Positions 37,511 to 49,276 are shown, counted from the first letter of the stretch. The stretch: DNA of 64,000 nucleotides from an uncultured Nitrososphaerales archaeon (GCA_963695855.1 CAVOHZ010000006.1:164229-228228), one strand, 5' to 3'. The notes: generated from the sequence alone by a model not told the origin. Program-made: numbers and translations.

Positions 37511-38416
37511 TTGTATATTCTAGATATTGATGAAATAAGATCCATTGCGGACTCTATAAGGTCTAAGACATCAAATCTAGATGAACAATTTAAACGACTC
37601 AATTGTTTGTTATATGAAAAATATAGAATAGATCTCCCTAAAGGGCTAAAGAGGGCGTCTTTAGAAAAGTTTAAGGATATTATAAGTTCGCCATTGGTAT
37701 ACGAAAGAGCAGTAAATTCTATTCTAAAACGGAAAATAATCGAAGGCGAAAATAAAATTACTATAAAAAATCCTAAAGCACTTTATAGAATTGGAATTCT
37801 CAGTTTTAGAGAACCGATAAAACTAGATTTAATTGTAGAGGGGAGTGTTGGAAATTTTTTTGCAGCTGGTTGTAATTTTGATGGAACATGGACAGTAAAA
37901 GGTCATTCTGAAAATGGATTGGCTGATAAGGGTTATGCTGGTAAAATTGTTGTTGATGGTCTTGCTACAGAACTTGCAGGACAGAACAATCAGGCGAGAG
38001 AAGATAGTGATGGTGTTGATATTCTGGTCAGAAAGGGATGTATGGAAAGAGCTATGGGTCAGGCTAGAGGAGGGAGCTTGATAACGTTTGGCGCAGGATA
38101 TAATTCAGGTCTGTACATGTCAGGGGGAGTATTATTAAATTTGGGAGCACCAGGAAGATCCTTTGGCCCTGGAATGGTTGGTGGAGCTATTTATTCTCCT
38201 CAAGGTACTACCGTTGGCGAAGGTGCAACAATTCGAGATATGACTAGAACAGACTATCAAGTTATTTTATCTGTACTAAAAAAATTTGAAACCGAATTGG
38301 ACATAAAAGGACTAGATAATTTTTCCCCGGAAAATCATGTATTAAATATTACAAATAACGGAATTAGTGAAGAATATGATTTTAAAAATATTATAAAAAT
38401 TAGCGCAACAAAGTGA
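37511..38416 (+). CDS. GXGXG beta-helix protein (GltB3/FwdC-like)
   Basis: VEGSVGNFFA, ERAMGQARGG, GAGYNSGLYMSGG, GPGMVGGAIY. Confidence 0.85.
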   Translation: MYILDIDEIRSIADSIRSKTSNLDEQFKRLNCLLYEKYRIDLPKGLKRASLEKFKDIISSPLVYERAVNSILKRKIIEGENKITIKNPKALYRIGILSFREPIKLDLIVEGSVGNFFAAGCNFDGTWTVKGHSENGLADKGYAGKIVVDGLATELAGQNNQAREDSDGVDILVRKGCMERAMGQARGGSLITFGAGYNSGLYMSGGVLLNLGAPGRSFGPGMVGGAIYSPQGTTVGEGATIRDMTRTDYQVILSVLKKFETELDIKGLDNFSPENHVLNITNNGISEEYDFKNIIKISATK

Positions 38417-38856
38417 CAATAAAATCAAAGGACTAAAAACAGTCAGTCATTGCAAATAGTCAATGTTTTTTTAACAGTTTTAATGGAACTGATATATTAA
38501 AACATTTTTTTAAAAGTTTTATAATGGATACTGAATAGGAATGCTCCAAAAAAAAAACCAAATATATGCGTAAATAAAGATTAGTAAATAAACATTTCAA
38601 CGATATAACTGAAAGTTTTAATGCTTACTATCCTTATATGCAAAAAGAAATAGGAGATTGTAATCTATTACAGGAATATAATTGGATACAAATCTTTGAT
38701 TCTATTTATGATAATGCTACAATATATAATAACAATTTTGCGTTAAACAATATGAATGTTATAACATTAACAGGATATATAAAATGAGAAATATTAAATC
38801 ATCATATCCATTACTTTACTTCTCTGAATTATAAATGCTAATAATGAAAATCAAGG

Positions 38857-41310
38857 TCAGATAGTATTATCAAATGTCGGGATCCATGTAAGAGATATTA
38901 ATTTAACTGAAATATCTTTCTTATCCAGTTTGATAGTTATTGTTTCTAAATCTTCGATATTATTTTTTATTTTATAATCTAATTCAGCAAACTCTGCTCT
39001 AAATTCATTTTCTACATCTACGAGCTGTTGTTCATATAACTCTCTGGTCTGAATAGCTCTTTCAATATCTTTCTTTTCTTTCGTAGTTCTTGTCATTCCT
39101 CTCATTACACGTGAAGCATTGTTTCTAGAATATCTGGAAACTTTTCTTCCCATAAATGCTCCTATCAATGTACTTCCTAATGAAATATAAGCATGCATAT
39201 TTTGTTGATTTGATTGTTCTTGTTGGATTTCGACATTATATTGAGCTCTTTGGATTTTATCTTGCAAATTGCGTATTTTGGGAGCATATTTTTGACGTAA
39301 TTTCTCAACCATATTGTCTCTATTTTCTCTCATTAATGTTCTAATTCTGTTTCTAAAGTTACTTTCAGACTCTCCAAGCTTTGAAATTTCTTTTGAATTC
39401 TTAAATTTAAATAGGTTTAGTTTTTGATTTCTATATAGCCAATCAACAAACTCCTTTTTCCAAATATCATATTTTTCTGGTTTCGATGCGATAGAAGGCA
39501 ATTCTGTGAAATTTTCACTTTCAGGTTTTTGTTGAAGGTTTTTTATGTCAATATCTATTTCATGTGAATTCATCCAGTCAACAGAGATTGGTTCATTCAC
39601 AATTGGTGTAATAACCTTTAAATCTTTTATAGTATCTATGTCCAATTTGGAATCAACGAAGTTTAGGGATGCGGCTCCCAGTACTACTGGCTTATAATAA
39701 AATTTACTAGGTTTATTTGTCCCAAAGTGAGAAACAGGTATAAAATATTGGGTTATTTCAGGGGGAAGCATAGGTTGTTTTCCATGATGATTGATGAGAT
39801 TGCTGCTAGATACTTGATCTTTATTGATCATGTTTTTAGAATCAATTTCTTTTAGGTCAGATTTTGTACCTTTCATAAAAAAGTCAGGCAAAATTTTTAT
39901 TTGTATCATTAGTTTTTTAATTTGATCCCTTGTAAGTGGTCCTCGTAAATATGATAATGCCCATCTGGTTTGAAAGATTTCTAAACCGTCCTCATGTGCA
40001 TTGCTCATAACAAAAACCCTATTCTCCAGACCTGAAATTATTTGGTCTATTTTTTTCCTATCAAATTCTCCATTACTATTTTGTGATGATCCCTGTAGAC
40101 CATCTAATACTCTTGCTTTGTCTCTATCTGTTTGCAATCGTCCAATAAACCATGTTCCTATGTTAGACAGCCCCTTGTAGTCTAAATCCACGGGATTTTG
40201 TGTAGCTAATAATAAACCTAATCCAAAAGCTCGGGCTTGTTTTAATAAAGTCATTAAGGGTTGTTTAGATGGAGGATTTGCCACGGGCGGCAAATAGCCA
40301 AAGATCTCATCCATGTATAAAATAGTCCTAAGACTCGTAGTACCAGATTGGGTTCTAACCCAGTATAAAATCTGATTTAAAATTAAAGTAACAAAGAACA
40401 TACGTTCATTATCATTTAAATGTGCTATGGAGAAAATCGAGACATTTGGTTTTCCCCCACTGTCGTACAACATTTTTTCAATATCCAAATCCACACCCTC
40501 CATCCATGAGGAAAAACTAGGAGATGCGACCAGATTATTCAATGACATGACAAGATTGAACCTATCTTTGGATGGAAAGAAAGATTCGATATCCAAAACT
40601 CCGACTTTGTTCATAGGTGGATTTTGAATAGCATTTATTAGACCAGCAAGATCAAGATCCTTCCCCTCTTTCCATAATTTGTCTAAAATTGTAGAAATAA
40701 GAATATGTTCCCGATCTTCTAATGGATTTGCTTGTATTCCCGCCAAGGTTAGTAGACTATTTACTGTATTTGTTATCGTTTCTCTAAATAATTCAGAATC
40801 ATCTACCACTTCCTTTGGTGGTACTGCAAATGAATTTAGGATAGAGATTGGGATACCTGCATTGCTACCTGGAGTATATATGACGAAATTTGCTGAACTG
40901 CGCAGACGTTGAATCCGTTCTTCTTGCTGTCCCCACTCCATTAGTCCATTTCTCCATGTTTCCGCTTGATTACGTGCGTACTCATCTAAAGTAAATCCTT
41001 TTTTTCTTGCATCTTCTTCATTTATCCATGGTAAGAAATTTTCGCCAGTTAATTGTGGAAAATTGAGTAATAAATTAGGAATATCTCCTTTTGGATCAAT
41101 TATTATCAATGGAATACCATCGATGATAGCTTCTTCAAGCAAAACAGTACATAATCCAGTTTTTCCACTTCCAGTCATACCTAGGCATACAGCATGGGTA
41201 AGCAAATCTTTAGAATCATACAAAACTAACGATTCTTCTCTTTTTCTTGATTCTAAATTATATTTTTTACCTATGTAAAAAACTCCTAATTTTTCATAAT
41301 CTTCAATCAT
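38857..41310 (-). CDS. HerA/FtsK-superfamily ATPase (DUF87/DUF853-like) with C-terminal coiled coil
   Basis: Walker A GMTGSGKT, IIDPKGD, Walker B YMDE, QARAFG, ATQNP. Confidence 0.9.
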   Translation of the reverse strand: MIEDYEKLGVFYIGKKYNLESRKREESLVLYDSKDLLTHAVCLGMTGSGKTGLCTVLLEEAIIDGIPLIIIDPKGDIPNLLLNFPQLTGENFLPWINEEDARKKGFTLDEYARNQAETWRNGLMEWGQQEERIQRLRSSANFVIYTPGSNAGIPISILNSFAVPPKEVVDDSELFRETITNTVNSLLTLAGIQANPLEDREHILISTILDKLWKEGKDLDLAGLINAIQNPPMNKVGVLDIESFFPSKDRFNLVMSLNNLVASPSFSSWMEGVDLDIEKMLYDSGGKPNVSIFSIAHLNDNERMFFVTLILNQILYWVRTQSGTTSLRTILYMDEIFGYLPPVANPPSKQPLMTLLKQARAFGLGLLLATQNPVDLDYKGLSNIGTWFIGRLQTDRDKARVLDGLQGSSQNSNGEFDRKKIDQIISGLENRVFVMSNAHEDGLEIFQTRWALSYLRGPLTRDQIKKLMIQIKILPDFFMKGTKSDLKEIDSKNMINKDQVSSSNLINHHGKQPMLPPEITQYFIPVSHFGTNKPSKFYYKPVVLGAASLNFVDSKLDIDTIKDLKVITPIVNEPISVDWMNSHEIDIDIKNLQQKPESENFTELPSIASKPEKYDIWKKEFVDWLYRNQKLNLFKFKNSKEISKLGESESNFRNRIRTLMRENRDNMVEKLRQKYAPKIRNLQDKIQRAQYNVEIQQEQSNQQNMHAYISLGSTLIGAFMGRKVSRYSRNNASRVMRGMTRTTKEKKDIERAIQTRELYEQQLVDVENEFRAEFAELDYKIKNNIEDLETITIKLDKKDISVKLISLTWIPTFDNTI

Positions 41311-41647
41311 AAATCTAATTATTAAAGAAAAGGCTAACTACATATAGTATACACTTGAGATTTGTATTATTTCACTTCTTACTATGAAATTATATACTGA
41401 TATACTAACCAAGATTTACCTGGCAGTATCTATCGTAAAATCTATCTCTTACTAAAATGCTATTAAAGTCATTTTTTTTACAGTATCAATATCTGAGCAA
41501 TAGCAGCGCCAAAAGATGAATAATCATATTTGCCCCCTTGAAATGCTTATGTCTAAAATAAATGAGATTGTCATTTAGATATTGCCTTGTTCTTAAAAGC
41601 TGGCCAACTTTTATAAGTTCTATTATCTTTAGTGGCATGCATCACTA

Positions 41648-42904
41648 TTGAGCCGTTGGAATCTTTTGGGCAGGAAGGATTCTTTGCTCAAACTTGCTCT
41701 ATACACAGGACCTGCCCTTATTGTAAGTATGGCCTATATGGATCCTGGAAATTATGGTACTGATATTCAGGCAGGTGCTTCTCTTAATTACGGCCTTCTT
41801 TGGGTTGTTTGGCTCTCAAGTGGTATGGCCATGCTTCTTCAATATTTATCTGGAAAGATTGGAATTGCAACAGGATTATCATTACCAGAAATAATCCGAG
41901 AAAAACTCAAGAAGAAAGGAAAAGGTTATGTAATATCTTACTGGTTGGCTGCAGAGACGGCAGTAGCTGCCACAGATTTGGCCGAATATCTGGGTACTGT
42001 CATTGCTCTTAATTTGCTATTTGGGATACCTATGATTTATGCTGCAATTTTTGGAGCTCTGGATGTAATTTTCATTCTGATATTGGCCACGCAACGTAGA
42101 TTTCATATTATTGAAAGGCTATTTGTGGTCTTTGTATCAATAATAGGGTTCGGATATCTGTATGAAATAATTATTATAAACCCAGATCCGTCTGCTATTT
42201 TATACCATTCATTTGTTCCCTCGCTTGGGAATACTAATGCTATCCTTCTTGTTGTAGGAATTATAGGAGCTACTGTTATGCCTCATGCTCTTTTTGTTCA
42301 TTCTTGGCTTACAAAAAATAAGGCTCAAAACAAATCTCTGGAAGAAAGAAGAAAAATTCGTAAACTTCATCTTATAGAAAATGTTGTTTTGCTGACAGTT
42401 GCAGGTACGATTAATGCAGCTATTATGATTATGGCTGCTGCTGCCTTTCATTCGTACAGTCCTAATGTAGCTTCGATATCGGAAGCCTATAAAACTCTAG
42501 TACCATTGTTTGGTGCATCAGCTGGAATAATCTTTTTAATTACACTTCTTTCATCAGGTATTGCGTCATCGGTTACAGGAACACTTGCTGGTCAGGCAAT
42601 AATGGAGGGTCTTTTAGGAAAGAAAGTAAATGTTTGGTTTAGGAGATTTGTAACTCGCTTTATCAACGTTATTCCAACTACAATAGCAATACTTTTAGGC
42701 CTTGATCCACTTAGTATATTAGTATATAGCCAAGTCATTTTAAGCTTAATGATCCCATTGCCTATGATTCCGCTTGTTCTACTTTCAACAGATAAAACAT
42801 TAATGGGCGAATTCATAAATAGAAAAATTACTACAGCTGTTGCGATCGTATTCGCTGGAATTATACTTGTATTCAATTCTTATTTATTAGTCAATATAAA
42901 ATAG
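41648..42904 (+). CDS. mntH: Nramp divalent metal transporter
   Basis: AYMDPGN, GATVMPH, GTLAGQ.IMEG, SQVILS. Confidence 0.95.
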   Translation: MSRWNLLGRKDSLLKLALYTGPALIVSMAYMDPGNYGTDIQAGASLNYGLLWVVWLSSGMAMLLQYLSGKIGIATGLSLPEIIREKLKKKGKGYVISYWLAAETAVAATDLAEYLGTVIALNLLFGIPMIYAAIFGALDVIFILILATQRRFHIIERLFVVFVSIIGFGYLYEIIIINPDPSAILYHSFVPSLGNTNAILLVVGIIGATVMPHALFVHSWLTKNKAQNKSLEERRKIRKLHLIENVVLLTVAGTINAAIMIMAAAAFHSYSPNVASISEAYKTLVPLFGASAGIIFLITLLSSGIASSVTGTLAGQAIMEGLLGKKVNVWFRRFVTRFINVIPTTIAILLGLDPLSILVYSQVILSLMIPLPMIPLVLLSTDKTLMGEFINRKITTAVAIVFAGIILVFNSYLLVNIK

Positions 42905-43446
42905 AACCCTGTTATTAACACAAATTTGTATTATTTACATTTATTCATTGTTATAATTTTCTTCCCACAATACATTATCTTCATTTTATATTGTTACATA
43001 TCTACTATGATCTAAATCGTTGTTATTATGATAACAATAAATCGTGAATCTACCAATCCAATTAGGGCTAAAATCTATTATTACAAATAAAATTCTCTTT
43101 TTGTGAAAAGAAGTATACTACTACTTGATATCAGAAGAAAATTATATGAACTATAATCATACAATAATAATAATAATAGTGAGCCGGCCTTGGTAAGTTA
43201 GGGAAAATAGATAGCTAGAATTGAAAAATTTTGTAAAAGTGAGCACAGAACATAATAGAATTATATAATATGACTATTACTCTACTTTTAAGTTAACAGG
43301 GTCGTTACAACAAAGGTAACAAAGTATCTACTATGACATGTTATGCTGAATATATGTACTCGAAATACATGTTAGATCTTATGAAACTGAAGCCTCATTG
43401 TGATCATGGAAAAAAGTTGAGATTAAGAAGATGTGATAGCGGCGTA

Positions 43447-45729
43447 TTATGGTTTTTTTGTTTTCTTTATTATTTCTTGGAATTGTAATGCTGATTCAAT
43501 CAACGACGTTTTGTCTTCTTTTTGTTGCATATCCCTTTCAGCAACTTTTTCAGGAACTTTCATGGCTGTGACCCTATCTATAAAGTCGTCAGTCTCCTGC
43601 AATGTTGCCTGATTTCCCTTGTCTGTTATCATTCTTCTTTGAATTCGTTGCAGTCCTTCTTCTAATTCGTGTACATATTTATTCTCTTTTTCTGTTGCCT
43701 TTTTACTAGCTATTTTTACTATTTCATCTTCCATCGATTGTATTCCCATTTGTTTTAATGTGTCCTGATAGCCTAATTTTATTAGTTTTTCTATAGTTGT
43801 ATAAGAGTAATCATAGATTTTATTGGCAACTTCGTTTCCGTCATCTATATGATCTATACGAATTACTTTGGTTAATCTAAAACGTCCTCCCAAAAGATTA
43901 TCAAGTTTTCTTGTATATCCTTTTCGGTTTTTACTACCTGCAGGTTTTTTTAAGATATTATCTATTTCATCCTTTGACGCACCTTTTCTTTCTGCCAAGT
44001 TCCTTAGTGCCTTCGTCATATAAACAAAATCACTGACAACTTCTGCGACTTTTTCATCATATTGAGTTTTATCACTAAAGATTATGTTCCACTTTCTATC
44101 CTCAAAAAAGTCATGATCGAAGGAGATTGGATTGTCTTTAAGTTCGGATGGCCACAAATTGGCTATATAGACCTCTAGATCAGGAACGTCATCTTCATCG
44201 GTATCCTTCTTATGCCAATAGTCTCGATGGGCTTGTATAACTTCTCTTAATGGTGTATTGCTCCTGAACCCACCATCCCAGAAATTATGTCGTTCCATCT
44301 TGAGCTCATTCATTTTGGTTTCGGACATCTCATAATCTTGTACTGTAAATTTTGGATAGTCAAAAAAGTTTGGAAAAGTTCCACTTGCAAGAACGTGTTC
44401 GATTTCAACACCTTTCTCGTAGAATATTACATGTTTGTTTTGGTCACTGGAGCCATAGTCAGAATAGTACTTTGTCTTCTTACTTCCGGTTTCATTATTT
44501 AGAACATTATCATCAAAGTCTTGTACATAATCTCTTTTTTCATAGCTATCAAATGTAACGGCATCACCAGTTTCTAAATCAACGGTTACCAGAAGAAATC
44601 TAGGCTGGGGATATTGTGTTTTTATTGGAAAGTCGGCATAGTTTTGTAAAGTCTTTTTGAGAGAGAATCCAGGTAAGTGTTTGTTATCTGGTCTTGGAAA
44701 CGAATTTAATTTGTCTGAAAAGTCAAAGAATTTACCTAGTATAGACCAAGGAAGTATTCCAGAAGCTACATTAGGAGCTCCTGAGTTTTGAAATTGTTTA
44801 GCAGAATAATACTTTCTTGCAGCTTCTCCTGACGCTGGGATATACCATCCATTTATAAAATAATCTTTCCAGAAATCTGGATTTAAGAGAAAATAATTTG
44901 CGGAAAAAACATCATACCATTTCTTAAAATCTGGATTCATTTTCAAATACAGGTCTTTTAACGTGTTCGAGTATGACTCTATCAAATTACCAGCTGATAA
45001 CTTGAAGGCTTTATTTGTACTATTTATTATATCCCACCAATAATGATAAATTGGACTCTTATCAAGAAGCTCAGCCAAAGTAGGGAAAACATATTCTTGA
45101 TTTCTCCAAAATTTTAAAAGTTCTTTAGACGAATCTTTCCAGTTTTTACTCTTAATAAAATTACTTACTACGACTGCACCATTCAGTGCACCAATGGAAG
45201 TTCCAGCTATGATATCAAACAAAGGTCTTTTTCCGTTTATTAGACCTCTTTCACTATCTTCGCTAAGCTTTTCAACTAAAGCCTGAAATACACCTGCCTC
45301 GTATGCTCCAAGTGATGCTCCGCCCTGAAAGATTATGGCTCTATGTACCCGTTTTACAACCACACTTGCATCATGGATAACCTTCGTATTCTTGTTATCT
45401 ATGGTCTCTAATTCGAATTTCAGAATGCTATTAATTTCATTACCTTCAATGTAAGGAGCTGTAAATGATAGATTTCGAGTCCTTTCATCGATCATATCTG
45501 TAATTATCATGCTATTGTTGGTGATTTTTTGTTTCCATGAGAAGGATTTGATAGTATCAATATCCATATCCTGTATGAAATCCAGAGCATCGATAACAAC
45601 TGTTGACCCCTCTGCAAAGGTTTGGATCGCATTCGTGATCTCGTTATCTTTCTTACTACTGTTTCCTGAGGATTTATCAGTAAATTTTTTTCTCATAATT
45701 ATATGTTTAGGTGAAAGTCTCTTATACAT
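43447..45729 (-). CDS. Patatin-like phospholipase with N-terminal PKD/Ig-like domain
   Basis: QGGASLGAYEAG, GTSIG, WDGG..SNTP. Confidence 0.92.
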   Translation of the reverse strand: MYKRLSPKHIIMRKKFTDKSSGNSSKKDNEITNAIQTFAEGSTVVIDALDFIQDMDIDTIKSFSWKQKITNNSMIITDMIDERTRNLSFTAPYIEGNEINSILKFELETIDNKNTKVIHDASVVVKRVHRAIIFQGGASLGAYEAGVFQALVEKLSEDSERGLINGKRPLFDIIAGTSIGALNGAVVVSNFIKSKNWKDSSKELLKFWRNQEYVFPTLAELLDKSPIYHYWWDIINSTNKAFKLSAGNLIESYSNTLKDLYLKMNPDFKKWYDVFSANYFLLNPDFWKDYFINGWYIPASGEAARKYYSAKQFQNSGAPNVASGILPWSILGKFFDFSDKLNSFPRPDNKHLPGFSLKKTLQNYADFPIKTQYPQPRFLLVTVDLETGDAVTFDSYEKRDYVQDFDDNVLNNETGSKKTKYYSDYGSSDQNKHVIFYEKGVEIEHVLASGTFPNFFDYPKFTVQDYEMSETKMNELKMERHNFWDGGFRSNTPLREVIQAHRDYWHKKDTDEDDVPDLEVYIANLWPSELKDNPISFDHDFFEDRKWNIIFSDKTQYDEKVAEVVSDFVYMTKALRNLAERKGASKDEIDNILKKPAGSKNRKGYTRKLDNLLGGRFRLTKVIRIDHIDDGNEVANKIYDYSYTTIEKLIKLGYQDTLKQMGIQSMEDEIVKIASKKATEKENKYVHELEEGLQRIQRRMITDKGNQATLQETDDFIDRVTAMKVPEKVAERDMQQKEDKTSLIESALQFQEIIKKTKKP

Positions 45730-45793
45730 AAGGCATCCTTTGTTTTCAAATGAAATTAAGATTGTTTAGTATTCCAACGGCATCTTAGGTTTT

Positions 45794-46925
45794 TAATGAT
45801 GCTATTAGGTTAACAGTTATGTGAATAAATAGATGAGTTCATTATGTAAACTGTTTCTAGTTGTATTTGCATGTTTGACGTTGTAGTTATCAGTCCAATT
45901 AGATACTGCTTTTCCAATATCAGATTCATTTCTAAATGTAGAATTGTTTATGGCCTGTCTCTGTAACCACATCCATCTTACCTCTATCAGGTTCAGTTCT
46001 GGAGATCTGGTTGGCAGGAATACAGGAACTATTCTGGGATGATAACGTGTTATTGCATTTCTTGTCTTTTTTGACATGTGTATAGATGCGTTATCTAATA
46101 CAACAAATATTGTTTTTATACTGGAATCATATCTGGAATCAACTCTTTTTATAAAATCTATAAACTGGTCACTGGTCTTAGTTTTATAACAGTGAGTAAA
46201 CATTGTATCGTTGGTATGATCATAGATACCAAATACATTCAGAATACCTTTTATCTTCTGTGCCTTTTCTACCTTGGCTTGTGTGGAACACCATGATGGA
46301 CCGCCATATGTCTTTGCTGCAATAGAACCTTTCTCATCCTCATATAGCAAGATGGAATCAGAAGGTGTACTGTACCTTAGTTCTTCAATTCTCTTTTTTT
46401 CAATTCATACTCAGGGTCTCTGCTTTTACCCATTACTGTCTTTGAATTCCTCCATTCAATACCGTGTTTTACCAGCACATTCTTTACTTCAGTATGACTG
46501 ATACTCTCTACCAACTTCTTTTCCATTATGTATCCTGCAAGTACACGTAATGACCATGTAGAGAATTTCAGTTTGTACTTTCTCGGAGGATCGTTAGATG
46601 CTATCTCTACAATCTTGTTTTCTATATCCTCTGTAATCTTTTGAGCATTACGTACATGTTTTCTAGATATAATACCATCAATACCTTTTCCATTGAATCT
46701 GTGGATCCATTTACGTATGTTGTTATCATGATGGTTTGTAATTCTTCGTATCTCAGGTACTGTGTATCCTTCATCTCTAAGCAAGATCATTTTGGCTTGA
46801 TAACCTGATTCTGGATCGTTATCGAGCAACCAGTGAAGGTGATCCATTTCCTTTGTACTTATTTCTCTAAGATAGGTATTCCTCACAATATGTACGACGT
46901 GATGGTTAGCTAAAGCTGTTGTTAT
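45794..46925 (-). mobile_element. IS630-family element, two-ORF frameshift type
   Basis: HTH ORF 46377-46886 and DDE ORF 45817-46350 (YEDE, LDNAS, SPELNLIE) overlap at an A-run near 46395; ends approximate. Confidence 0.9.
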
Positions 46926-46988
46926 AAAATTGATTTGTCAAACTAATCATTATCATTTTACAAGAATAACTATATGGAATATTACAAT

Positions 46989-47262
46989 GCTGTTAACGAA
47001 AGATCCATAGCTGTGAACATTCTATTCTAACAATATATGTTATTGAGATTTGTCAGAAACAGGACATCCATTATCATTGCAATGTATTCTTTGTATTTGT
47101 ACTTTCTTCGTCTCAGTCTACGAAATACATACATCCAAAGCATTGAGGCCATTTATGGATCAAAATATAAGTCATGTCGCTGTTTGGGAGTGGATTCAAA
47201 GATTCGGTTCACCGCAAATCTATAACAAGAATAGAAGGATTTCGGCATCCATCATAGATTAA
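46989..47262 (+). mobile_element. IS6 left-end fragment
   Basis: MLLRFVRNRTSIIIAMYSLYLYF, as in the 56836 element; broken and truncated at ISASIID. Confidence 0.8.
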
Positions 47263-47566
47263 AATATGAAATTATCTTTTTTATACAAATAAATCCTTTA
47301 ATTCAAGCACGCATATAAAAAAAAGTATAATATTATGCTCAAATATGAATATAGATATGGAATATAGATATGATTAGGTCATATTTTTATTTATAAGTTA
47401 TTCTATTTATTATATTTCCTATTTCAAGATATTAGTGCAAATTTTGATCAAATGATAAATAATAATCAATTAAATACCTCCTATTTTGTACGGTCGGATT
47501 GTTAGCTGGTGCTGGTTATACGATAAAATAATCAAATACCATATTATTTAATATTATAATCAAGTA

Positions 47567-49276
47567 ATGATGAAGGCGTCAGATCTATTCATAAGGTGCT
47601 TAGAATCAGAAGGAGTGGAGTATATATTTGGTTTACCTGGCGAAGAGACTAATGATTTAATGTTTTCGGTATTAAACTCACAGATTAAGTTTATCTTAGT
47701 AAGACACGAACAAGGGGCGGCTTTTATGGCTGATGTTTATGGTAGACTGACCCAAAAAGTTGGAGTATGTCTATCTACATTGGGTCCTGGTGCAACAAAC
47801 CTGATTACAGGTGTGGCAAATGCAAATATGGACAGGTCTCCTATATTGGCGATTACAGGACAAACAGATTCAACCCTACGCCATAAAGAATCTCATCAAA
47901 ATATGGACGTTGTATCTATGTTTAAGCCCATAACAAAATGGAGATGGTCAATCCATAATGCTGACGTTATTCCAGAGATAGTAAGAAGGGCTTTCAAAAT
48001 TTCAATTGAGGAAAAAGCGGGAGCAGTACATCTAGAATTACCTGAGGATGTAGCCAAAGAGAAATCCTATATTAAACCAATAAAAAAGTCTCGTAGAACC
48101 TCAAGATCAAGACCACACAACGGTTTGATAAAAAATGTAGTTAAAATGATATTGAGTGCTAAAATGCCAATGATTTTGATAGGAAATGGGTGTATACGAG
48201 GGAATGCTAGCACATACATAAGAAAGTTCGTAGAAAGAACTGGAATATGTTCAATGAACACATTTATGGCCAAGGGTGTAATTTCAGATAAATCTGAAAG
48301 ACATCTGCAAACAATTGGAATTAAGGATGCAGATCATGCCCTCATTGCATTGAAAGAAGCTGATTTGGTCATTTCGATAGGATACGATCTAGTTGAATAC
48401 AGCCCAAAAAATTGGAATGGAAATTTAGACAAGAAAATCATTCATATTGATTCTGCTCCAGCTGAAGTGGAAACATATTATCCTCCAGACATTGAGATTG
48501 TCGCAGATATCGGTTACACGATAAATGCGATTTTACTTGAACTGACTGAGAAAAAAATAAAAGTAAAAAAAGAGAAAAAAATCCTAAACAGGAGCAGCAA
48601 CAATCTAGATTCTACAGACATACCATATTTTGAAATGCCAGATTTATTTATGAAAGTTAAGAAACAAATTACAGAGAGAATTGAAAAATTCAAAGATGAT
48701 TTTGCTTATCCTATCAAACCTACAAAATTAATCATTGATGTAAGGAATGCGTTAGATGAAAATGATATTGTTATCTCAGATGTTGGAGCTCATAAATTGT
48801 GGATAGCAAAAACTTATGATACTTTTACTCCAAATACCTGTCTAATTACTAATGGTTTTTGTTCCATGGGGTTTGCGCTTCCAGGTGCTATTGCAGCGCA
48901 ACTTGTCAGACCAAATCAAAAAGTTGTTGTCATGTGTGGTGATGGCGGCTTTTTGATGAATGTTCAGGAATTGGAAACTGCTGTTCGTTTACAGTTACCA
49001 ATAATAGTCATTATCTGGTGTGACTCAGATTTTGGTATGATCTCTCTAAAACAAATTCATGAATTTGGAAAAAGTGCATTTACTCGATTCAATAATCCTG
49101 ACTTTGTTACACTTGCTCAAAGTTTTGGAGCCATTGGATATCATGTTAAAACCACTGAAGAATTTCCAAAAATCCTGAAAAAAGCAAAAGAGTCAACATC
49201 TCTCCCAGTAATCATAGCAATTGATGTAGATTATTCTAAAAACCAAATTTTGTTGAATGATGACTTTAAGGATTAA
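47567..49276 (+). CDS. Acetolactate synthase large subunit-like ThDP enzyme
   Basis: FGLPGEE, RHEQGAAFMA, TLGPGATN, SDVGAH, SMGFALPGA, GDGGFLMN. Confidence 0.93.
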   Translation: MMKASDLFIRCLESEGVEYIFGLPGEETNDLMFSVLNSQIKFILVRHEQGAAFMADVYGRLTQKVGVCLSTLGPGATNLITGVANANMDRSPILAITGQTDSTLRHKESHQNMDVVSMFKPITKWRWSIHNADVIPEIVRRAFKISIEEKAGAVHLELPEDVAKEKSYIKPIKKSRRTSRSRPHNGLIKNVVKMILSAKMPMILIGNGCIRGNASTYIRKFVERTGICSMNTFMAKGVISDKSERHLQTIGIKDADHALIALKEADLVISIGYDLVEYSPKNWNGNLDKKIIHIDSAPAEVETYYPPDIEIVADIGYTINAILLELTEKKIKVKKEKKILNRSSNNLDSTDIPYFEMPDLFMKVKKQITERIEKFKDDFAYPIKPTKLIIDVRNALDENDIVISDVGAHKLWIAKTYDTFTPNTCLITNGFCSMGFALPGAIAAQLVRPNQKVVVMCGDGGFLMNVQELETAVRLQLPIIVIIWCDSDFGMISLKQIHEFGKSAFTRFNNPDFVTLAQSFGAIGYHVKTTEEFPKILKKAKESTSLPVIIAIDVDYSKNQILLNDDFKD

